Shown here in pieces: positions 48,333 through 60,000 of a stretch of 64,000 nucleotides of DNA; position 1 is the stretch's first letter; every line of letters starts with the position of its first letter. The notes beneath the pieces were generated by a model. The model did not search any database and had not been told where the DNA came from. It saw only the letters and a program-made list of their open reading frames with translations. This DNA is from Octopus sinensis (Eukaryota). The DNA lies in the NCBI RefSeq assembly GCF_006345805.1, contig NC_042998.1, forward strand, positions 185,318,001 to 185,382,000, given 5' to 3'. Both the position numbers and the translations under genes were made by a program.

Positions 48333-51300
48333 CTGAATATACGAAGATAAAACAAATCAAAATATAAGAATGGAGAAATGCTTTTTGTTTTCACATTACT
48401 GGACAAATTAATAATGTCAAATCATAAAACGTGGACCCAAAACATAGAATTAAACAAATGGTAAAATCAGTAAATAGAGAGAAATCAGAAAACAAGACTG
48501 TAAAAGAAAAAAAAAATTCTTATTTCAGCATCTTAATGATAGCATACACAACAGTTATGCACTACTATTGATAAACAAGCTGAAATTCTATCCACAGTAG
48601 CAATCCTCAGTCATGTGGACTGCACCATTAAAGGTTACAGGCTTTAGTCACTGATGGTTAAATATAAAATGTTCTGATTTTAATGTGTAGAAAGATAGGC
48701 AAATATCTAAACTGGATTGGCTGTTCATCATCAGCATTGTCATTTAACGTCCGCTTTCCATGCTGGTATGGGTTGGATGGTTTGATTGAGGGCTGACAAG
48801 CCAGAAGGCTGCACCAGGCTCCGATCTGATCTGGCAGTTTCTACAACTGGATGCCCTTCCTAACGCCAACCACTCCAAGAATGTAGTGGGTGCTTTTTAT
48901 ATGCCACTGGCACAAGGGCCAGTCAGGCAGTACTGGCATCAACCATGACTGAATGGTGCTTTTTACGTTCCACTGGCACAGGAGCCAGTCAGTGGCACAG
49001 GCAACGACCACGCTCAAATGGGAGCTTCATTCCTTGCAAGCTTACGCATGTCCTCAGCAGTCACAGCCCATATTTCACTGCCATGTAGCATGGCTGTTCG
49101 CACACATGCATCATACTCTACCTTTTACTCCGAGCAAGAGGCCCTTTGTTACCAACAGAGGTAGGAGCTCTTTGAACTTTGCCCAGGCTATTCTTATTCT
49201 AGCAGCTACACTCTCAGAGCAACCGCCCCCCCCCCCCCCGCTACTGACTTGGACACCTAGGTAATGGAAGCTATCAACTACTTGGGAGTTTTTTTCCCTG
49301 GAATGTGACGGAAGCTGTTTTCTGCACATTCTCAGTATTTATTGCCCCTAAGCCACACAAAAACTATCTTCCTAGTTAGCCTTCCTTTGATATTGCTGCA
49401 CCTCTTATTTGTCCATAGCTTACACCAGGTACATCTTATGGAGTTTTTACCTACGCCTTTTCTACAGATCAAGCAGGGCCATGTACCTGAAGGGATTTGT
49501 GGTTTGTCTGTTATTAAGCTTTCCTTTTCTAAAAATGTGAAACTCATTCACATTCAGCATTTTTCATGTATATATTTTATAGATTAAATACTTTTTTTTT
49601 TTATTGTCATCTACTGCCAGTAATTAGCTTCAAACAATGTTGAATGAATAATTTTGTTTCTATTGAAACAAAGTATAGAGAAAGACTCCTTCACAAGTAA
49701 AATGAAAAGTCAAATTGTTTTGCTTCAGGATGTTGTCTAAAAAATTTGCAGTAAATCAAAAACTGATCAAAATATGAAAACTTATTAATCTTTCAGTTAT
49801 GTATTATTTTCTATTGGTTTCATCTTAACAAGGGAATCAGTCTATATAAAAGAAAAGAAATTTAGGAAAAATAATCACTAAATAAAACAGCTTGACTGTG
49901 CTGTTTTATTTTAAAATTACCTATTTTGGATCTTTTCAGTTTGAACGGCAGTTTTTAACATAATTTCTAGGTAACTAAAAAATTTTAAACTTTGTATACT
50001 GGTAGAATGTGTTTATAAAACATCTTTTTCTCTTGGCTTTATTGAGAAAATTCTATAGTTTGTAAGATATTTGTTGTTTTTTTCTTCAATTTCAACTAAT
50101 CATTGACGTCCATTGAGGTAAACAACATTCTGTGCCGTATGAATATGTCCCTCGTTTAAGAAACAGATTGGGTTTATTTACATTTGTGAAGAAAAAAAAG
50201 ATACCCTTCCCCCATCCCAACCCTAAAATAGATTGAAATGCAATAGATCGATACTAGGGTCATAATTATGGGTGACAATTTCATATGACACCGCTAGAAA
50301 AGACAGCTGTTCAAACTGAAAAGATATCTTATTTTTAGCCTGAAAACAGTAGGAAGATATACATATGTGTGTATACAATGATTCAGATATGTCAGATGCA
50401 TATGATAAGAAGCAAATAAATGTGTGTGTGTATGTGAGTGTATTTTTAAATGAAAAGATGAGAAAAAGAGATGTGAAAAAAGGAAAGAGCATAGAAAAGT
50501 AGAAAGCAAGTAGGTGGGAATGACAGAAATAAACATAAGCAATGCAAAAAATCACTTACCCTTAAACCATGCACTTGGTCCGAATCTAAATAGGAATCAG
50601 ATCTCAAATAGACTGAATAATGGTAAATGCCAGGTTTTCTTGGTGCAGAAAATTTTACTTCAATCTACAGGAAAAAATATATAAATAACATTGTCTTAGA
50701 TACTAGCATCAAAAGGGTTAATATTGGTAGGATATGTTTCATGAGAAAGGAATAAGAACTGAAGCACATTGCAGATTAGGCTATCGTCATCATTGTCGTT
50801 TAATGTCCGCTTTCCATGCTAGCATGGGTTGGACGATTTGACAGAGGACTGGCGAACCAGATGGCTGCGCCAGGTTCCAATCTGATCTGGCAGAGTTTCT
50901 ACAGCTGGATGCCCTTCCTAACGCCAACCACTCTGAGAGTGTAGTAGGTGCTTTTACGTGTCACCGGCACGAGGGCCAGTCTAGCGATACTGGCAACGGC
51001 CACACTCAAAATGGTGTTTGATACGTGCCATCTGCACAGGAGTCAGTCCAGCGGCACTGGCAACGACCTCTCCCAAATGCTTTGTTCATGTGCCAGTAAG
51101 GCGACACTGGTAATGATCACGCTCAAATGGTACTTTCTACGTGCCCACCGACATGGAAGCCAGACAGCTGCTCTGGTAGTGATCCTGCTCAGATGGAGCT
51201 GTTAGCGCTCCACTGGCATGGGTGCCAGTCATCGAATTTGGTTCCATTTCGATTTCACTTGCCCCAACTGGTTTTCGCGAGCAGAGTTTAGTGCCTAATG

Positions 51301-53946
51301 AAGGGAGGTTGGCATGGGTGCCAGTCGTCAAATTTGGTTTAGAAATTTAATGCAATGTCTAAATTAAGATTTACCTTTTCTTCATACTTTAAGCTCGAAA
51401 TAAACACAGGTGCAGATATAAGCATTTTCTGTTTCCGGTCGGCAATGTACAGCCACCAACACTCCTGTTTTTCCTACAATTCAACAGAAACATAAAAGAT
51501 GTCATCAAATAATAATTGAACTCAATTAACAAACACAAATCAATCCTAAACCACTCCTCTTTCCTTCCCAAAAGAATAGCCCCCTGGAATTCCCACCCTG
51601 CTCATATCTTAACCACATGTGTTGACTTAACAGAGGCTCAAGTGGCACATTAACTCTTTAGCATTTAAACTGGCCATATCCGGCCAAAAGTATTCTGCCT
51701 GTGTTATGTTCAAAATGGCCAGATCTGGTCTCTCACACCAACCCTACAATATCATTTTAAAAATTAACAGCTACCTCATCAAAATCTCAAAGCTACAAGA
51801 TAATGCATGATTAGTTCAAGGCAATGTGGATGAAAAAGCATTAATTTTGGTAGAATAATGCAAACACTAAAGGGTTAAAGTAACAATTTGACTGGTCCAA
51901 GAGGACCTACAAATGCCATGGACACTGCCTCTTCCTCCAGAACCAACAAGTCAAGAAAACTTTGTATTTTGCATATGCTATGGAGTTATCTATAAATGTC
52001 CACACACATATATATATAGACATTCCCAGTTAACATTACCATATTCGAAATAGGTTGATGTTGCCCTAGGTATAATGTATTCAACAAATATATAAAATTG
52101 AATATAGAAAGTGTTAATGAACATATGGAAGAAGTCTGTCCTCCTGCAACGGCGCTTGCGGTGGTTTGGCCATGCATGTAGGCGTCCGGTGGGTGAACTG
52201 AGCTGTGATGTCCTTCTCCCAACTCCACTTCCCAACTGGTGGAAACACGCAGGTGGGCAGCTGAATACCTGGGTTACAACGATCGAGGAGGACCTCTCTG
52301 TGCTCACGGGACCGCAGGTGGTTGGCCTGCACCGATGGAACCGTGACTGGCTTGCTATCTCCAGTGAACTAGCGTAGGACTGTCGTGCATGGGCGTGCAT
52401 GGGCTGCCATGGTTTGAGATGCCTCGAGGGTGGTACAAGAAGCCGACTCAACCTGCCCAGGGTGAATGTCGCCACAAGTACAAGTAATGAACATATAAAG
52501 ATTAAATTTTAGATTAGTTGAATTTTTGGTCACATCTTTGGTCATAAACAGAATGGGTGCTTTTAGAGGACGTATATTTTCCTGTTAGTGAGTTGATGAA
52601 TAAATGAGATGTATAACTAGTGTTTAATCATATGCCTATTTAAAATATTAATCCTTGTTCATGTTTACAATGTAAACTATTGCAACAAATATGCCAAAAG
52701 TCAATCTAATCTTTCTTAACATCAGTAAAAGTTTTGCATTCTTTATATTAATGAAGCAACTTCCCATGATAAATTCCAGCAATCTTTAAAAATTTCTGTT
52801 CGGCATTGAAATAATTATTCAGTAGATGCACCTTGTACAACAGTAAACTATTTTATCACATAACACAACAGCCATGTGGTCTGGACCCAAACAAATGAGA
52901 ACAAAAAGAAAAAATTTTTTTCACGCTGAGAGTTGCTGAAGCATGGAAAGAACTGCCGGCATCAGTTGTTAGTTGTCGGAGCACTGCATCCTTCAAAACT
53001 TCCATGCTTTCTGAGATTCGCCAACACACCACACCTGATTTTCTCCCCTCCATACACACACAAGCATGTATCTGACTCATGCATTGTTCGCTTTCCAGAC
53101 ATTTTTACATTACTGCATGTACTTTATATGCATTTTCTGACAAGTTGTGGTGCACCTGAGCACTGTATACAATAATTTCATTATATTATATTATAAACTA
53201 TCATTAAATTAATCACCATCTTCCAAAAAAACTTAGAGAATATCTCCAAAAAGAAATAATTGTACTCACAATAGGGAAATATGGACAATGAACAGGATGA
53301 CTTTCTTTAGATTTTGTTTCTAAAATGGTTTCCTTCTTTATATCAGCCTGATACTTAGACCAGTCTTCATCATCATCTTTTCCATTAGGATTATCTTTCC
53401 AGTTGCCGTCTTTTAAATCCTCATCAGAGTTTTCACTTCCTTCGTGATCAGACCCATTTTCACTCTCTCCTTTACCATTCTCAACCTCTGCTGTCTGAAT
53501 TAAATGCAATATATATTTTTCAATATACAATACACATACAAATCTAAGAAATCATTCTGCAAACAGAAACATATAATCAAGTTTAAAGATCCCTGCACTC
53601 AATTCTACTAGTTTTCACCATCCCTCTGGTTCGTGAAATAGAATTTGACAATATTTGTTCTCTACAATAACACTTTTGCTACACCAAGTCTAAGAAATTC
53701 AGTATGCAGATGATTTGCATATATATATATATATAAAAATTAGAAAAAAAACACCTTTTATCAATTCAAAATGAAAAATTTAATTACACTATCTAGAAAA
53801 TTACATATAATAGAAATATTAAATATAAGATAAGAAATAATATACCAATGATTAAGTAATGTGCAAAATAATAAATAAAACGGATATATTTGGTATATAT
53901 TTCTAAATTAAATTTTTCCCTGTAAGTTTGAAATAATATTCCCTCA

Positions 53947-54016
<70 letters not shown>

Positions 54017-57000
54017 GTACACTCATGCACATCTGCACAATGTACATACCCATACAAATAAATCATGATCAACATTTAACATCCTTGTTCCAGGTCAGCA
54101 TGTGGTAGACAGTTTGACAAGATTTGATGGGTTTAATGACTCCAATATTTGCTTTGGCAAGGTTTCTCTGGGTGGTTTCCCATCTTAATGCCAATTATTT
54201 TACAGAGTATACTGGGTGCTTTGTTATTCTAGCAAGAGTTCAACAATTGGTTGTTTTGACTATCGTTTACAACTTAAACAATAGGTAAGGGACTTGTTTT
54301 CAGCTAAAATTAGCAGAAGCAAGCAAAATGTTATTTTGCCCTTAATTTTACACATGCTTTTATAACAGATTTGATATATACTTATCATGATATTGTAGAT
54401 AATAGTCACAGCAGCACCTATACAATTTATTATAGAATTTATTAATTATATGACTTATCAAATTACTTTTCTCAAAGCAACAATCATAATTATACAATCA
54501 AGTTTAAACAGAAAATATTCAATTACTTCACTGTAATATCTGAAAAATATAAAATACCTCGGAACTAGCAGGATAAATAGTAGCAACAGTTCCTTTCTTA
54601 TCCTCCTTGGTCTCTGCTACTGCTGCTGTTGCTGCTGCTGCCTGTGCTGAAGATGCATTAGATCGGGGTGGTGGACCTTTAACTTTCTTATTAGATTTCT
54701 TGCCAGATTTCTTGTTATTTTTCTTCTTTTTCTTTTCCCAGGGTCTAAGAGGTCTCCTCTGTGGAGATTCAGTGACCTATAGCAAAACAAGATTCAATTG
54801 TTTTGACATCAATGTTTCCAAACTTGAATAAATGGAATGGTTTATTAGCTGAAGTAATTCTTTCTACAACTAGATGCGCTTCCTATTACAAGGAAAAGGA
54901 GTCAATTCTAACAAAACACAGCCTGATTTGAGATATTTGTGCTAACAGAATAGTTAAACTATTAAAAAGTAAAACATTGAATTCATTTTACTAAGCAAGC
55001 TAGTTTTGCACATTTTAGCATTTGCAAGAAATAACCTCAACTTCTATATATTGTTGATGCATTTCAATCTGTATATTCTCTAATCATCTTTAGATGATAT
55101 CCTGAGCTAGGCCAAAGTTTGAACCAGGAACCTTTCATCATCATTCAACATTTAAGATCCACTGTTCATGCTGGCATGGGTTGGCCGGTTTGACCAAACT
55201 TGGCAAGCTGGAGTGCTGCACCAGACTCCAGTCTGATTTAGTATGGTTTCTATGGCTGGATGCACTTACTAATGCCAACCACTTCACAGAGTGTGCTAGG
55301 CACTTTTATGTGGTGTCACACAGGCACTTTTACATGGTGCCACATGGTACTACATGAACATTTTTATGTGGCACCACACAGGCATTTTTATGTGGTGCTG
55401 CACGGGGACTTTTATATGACACTGCTGAGAATGCCAACTGAAACATTGTAGAGAGGTAGAAGTTTGACAAACAGACATCACTATATATTCATCTTGAAAA
55501 AAATATGGACCATCATCATCATTTTACCATCCACTTTTCCATGCTTGAATTGTTCAGACGGAATGTGTTGAGGCAGATTTTCTATGGCTGGGTGCCCTTC
55601 CAGTAACCGCCCCTCACATATTTCCAAGCAATGTAATATTTCCTTATGGTCAGACATCTTTCTGGCAGAATAATGGAAATGAATGCCACTGCATGTAGGA
55701 CAGTGACATTTATTCACAACTCTGATGCAATGTCAAGACAAAGACACAAACATACACAATCACACACATACACTCACAGACTTCTTTCAGTTTATGATTA
55801 CCCCATTCACTCGCATGGCTTTGATCAGCCCAGGCTCAGAAATCACTTGCCAAAGGTGCCACACAGTGTGACTGAACCCGAAACCATGTGCATGGGAAGC
55901 AAACTTCTTAACTACAGCCACAACTGCAACTCAATAACAAAGTGATTGACAGTGTGAGGAGATGACAATGGGCCAGGAGTAATCATCATCATTTTACATA
56001 TTTTCCCTTGTGGCCATGGACTGGAAAGGATGTCACAGTTCAAACTGTTTCTTATTGGAGCTACTAGCACCTAGATGGGTTGGGGATCACTAATTGCTTT
56101 AGACACCACTTGTCTTTATTTTTTTATTTTTTTTTTTTCATGATAGCACAGATGGGATGCATCATAAAATCTCAAGTATTTGTAAATTCTTAAAGGAGAT
56201 GTTTACCATCACTGTGCAGTCTCTTCTTTCCCCACCCACAGATAGTTGATGAAATGAATTTCTTGACTAAGAAATACTTTGTAGCCAAACAGCCATATGT
56301 TCAACAGTCCATTAAATTTTAACTCCCTTGCTACTGTGCTTGAGAAATAGAATAAGATATAAATCACATGAGCCTGATAAGTAGTGATTCTCTCATAAAG
56401 TAAGCACTCTGTAACAAATACAGCAATTTATTTAATGTTTTCAAGATACTGACATATATTTGCATGGAAAACAAACATCTCTCTCTATCTCTTATTATAA
56501 AAGGCAGATTTTATCTGCCTCTCTTTGGGAGTTATACAAATCTACAATATAGGATTTCTTCAATTACAATTTACCTAGCATTTTTAAGAGTACAATGCAT
56601 CGCGTCATGCCAGGTCCAGTTTTTAAAATAAACTCAATTAAGCAAAATTTACAGAAAACTCACATTCTGGTGTGTGTGTCAAATGCTTTTCTTAGTCTGG
56701 TTTACACCACACGCAAACGCACACACACAGTGTGCAACGAATAAAGTGAAACTAGATGTAAATTTGTTTCTGTCTATCACGCTGATAGATACATGAGTAA
56801 AATGTATGGGAAGCTAACAGATTAGAGTGAGTGAAAATGTTCTGGAAGAGAGTAAATAGCAACAGAGTGATTTGAGGAAGACTAAACTGAAAGTATGAAA
56901 CAGTGTTTATGTATAAACAGACGACACTTATATAAACCCTTTCGTTACCAAACCGCCCGAATTTACCTATTCATATTTAAATGAGAATATCAGAGTAAAT

Positions 57001-60000
57001 CTCTTTAGTACATTCGTGAAAACACGTATTATACTTCGTAAACACTTCAAATACAGTTTTGTACAAAAATCGAAGTGTAATTTTAATTCCGTGAATTATG
57101 GGAGATTTTTTCCGAAATTGTTCCTGTTGTGTTTTCAAAATTTGTAATTCTGACAAAAAATGGATACGAATTCATTATATCAAGCAGCGAGTCAGAATTC
57201 GAAGGATTTTCTACTGAAGACCTTCATAAATCTAACTCTATGACTGAAAAAAAAAAGCATCTTTATATAAGAGTGAAGTTGTGTGTCTGTCCCCTTCGAT
57301 TTAGATTCGTAACTACTCCCACATTTTGCGGTGCAGTTTAACCAAAAGCGGGTAACTTATAGTCGTGATTCATATCGATCCCTTCTGGGTATTAGCGCGC
57401 GTCTACGATGAGTCTACGATTTTAAAAAAATTTACCATCATATTTTTCCATTTTAATGCATTTTTTCGCTTTTATATAAGGGAAGTAACTCTCTAAAAAT
57501 ATCTACGATGTTTCAACGATTTTTTAAAAAAAATTACCTTAATTTTTTTTCAATTTTTAATGCATTTTTTTGCTATTTTTTGGCTATAACTCTCTAAAAA
57601 TGCTTATATAGTTATTTCCCTTACAACCCGAGCAACGCCGGGCGATACTGCTAGTATATATATAAACGGCAAAATGTCTGTCTGTGTGTGTGTGTGTGCA
57701 TGTCCTTTATAAAAATCTACAATTTTTCAGTTAGAGGGCTCGCAATTTCTATGGTCATTCAAAACCGTCAAAGGGTGGTCGTGCACATCTTTACATTTCC
57801 CCAGTCACCCCGCAAAGCCATTAAAAAATCAATAGAAGTGACTTTTTTGTGAATTTTCTATCCAAAACCCAATCAAAATGCCCGAAACTTGATACACCAA
57901 TTGAATGCCAGCTAGCTGTATGTGATTGGTCGGAGATTTGGACAGTACTCATGTGTATGTGTGCATGCACGCAGCTGTATATGCATGCACTAGCACTATG
58001 ACCCGGGTCATAGTGCTAGTTTCAGATAAAATTGGGATGAATCAAATACAAACCCTGCTTTCAGCCTCTTCTTTTGCATAAAGATCCTCGGCTTCAATCA
58101 TTTCTTTCTTATCGTCCTTTTTACTTGGGGAATCGGTATTGTTTCTAAAATGATCACCCATGCTTTCCCGCTTGAGGTTTACAGTCACAGTCACAATAGA
58201 ACCAGCTGTGATGGTTGAATCATCATCATCAATGACTGAAAATTAAAGAAACAAAAACGTGTTACTAGCCATATCGAATAACTTTTTTTCATCTAACTAG
58301 TCGAAAGCAAAATTATGGAGACAACTCCTGCATTATCACTACAAGTCCTAGTTCTAGCATTATCAATACAAGCACTGTAACAACTACCACCATATACATC
58401 ATGATAATCAAATTCTTATTAAAAACAGAAACAAATGTTTTGATGAATACGTAAGTTTTAGCAACTTTCAAAACAAGATATCAACACACTGTGCAAAAAA
58501 ATAGGCCTTTGTCAAGAGATTATATCAGTAGCTGTTATTCCTGTTTCAAAGGAATTTAAGTCATAAAGTAAGATTTAGTTAAATCAAGTGACTAACATAA
58601 ATACATAGAGATGGTCCTCAATGGAACATAAGTAAGCATTTTTGAGCATGTATAATCTGATATCTTTACTAAGGTTAAGCAATGAGCTTTGGAAAGAGAT
58701 TAGGTTGTATTTATCCAGTGTGCCAGCCATGACAATCAAGTAATAAAATATGTCGTTCTTTATAAAAGAAAGAAATTGTAGTCTGAATTCTGGAGATATT
58801 TATTTATTATTATACATGGATGTATTCAAATTAATATCCGCATTCTGGTTGTTACAGCCACAAGTTCCAGACGTTGCACCCTCCAGCCTTCTTTAGGTAC
58901 CTATCACATTTGGTATCAAATATTAAAGTTGCAATTCACCTGACAGTAAATTCAATCTCCATCATGAAGTTAATGTATGCTATATGTACTCTGGTTTAAG
59001 TAGAATGAACAAATGACATAACATCATCATCATCTGACATCTGCTTTTCATGCTGGCATAGGCTGGATGGTTTGAGATGGATCCAACTGTCTGTTGTGGC
59101 AAGTGGCACCAGCAAGTTAAAGAATTAACCCTTTTTATACCAACCCACCTCAGATCACCCCCTGCTTCAATGATACATCATCATCATCATCATTTAACGT
59201 TTTCCATGCTAGCATGGGTTGGACGGTTCGACCAGGGTCTGGAAGTCATGGAGGCAGCACCAGGCCCTAGTCTGATTTGGCAGTGTTTCTACAGCTGGAT
59301 GCCCTTCCTAACGCCAACCACTCCGGGAGTGTAGCGGGTGTTTCTTATGTGCCACCGGCACAGGGGCCAGAGCAGGCTGGCAAACGGCCACAATCGGTTG
59401 GTGCTTTTACGTGTCACCGACACGGACGCCAGTCAGGCGGCGCTGGCATCTGCCACGTTCGGACAGTGCTTTTTACATGACACCGGCATGGGTGTCTTAA
59501 CTACAATTTCCATTTGAATTTTTATTTTGCTGTTGATGTACTTGACTCAATAGGTCTCCTCAAGAACAGTGGGTCACAAACTTCCTATTTTGAAATTATC
59601 AAAACAAGTCCAAATACATCAGAGAAATAATAAAAAAAAAAGAACAAATTCTACCTTAATGTATGCCAATCAAATTCAAAGTATTAAAGAAAGAAATACT
59701 TCCATAAAAACAAAGTTGTAACAGAAATCTCCATAACAGGTATTTCAAGAAAAAGGCGGCGAGCTGGCAGAAACGTTAGCACGCTGGGCGAAATACTTAG
59801 CAGTATTTCATCTGCCGCTACGTTCTGAGTTCAAATTCCGCCGAGGTCGTCTTCGCCTTTCATCCTTTCAGGGTCGATTAAATAAATACCAGTTACGCAC
59901 TGGGGTCGATATAATCGACTTAATCCGTTTGTCTGTCCTTGTTTGTCCTCTCTGTGTTTAGCCCTTTGCGGGTAGTAAAGAAATAGGTATTTCAAGAAAT

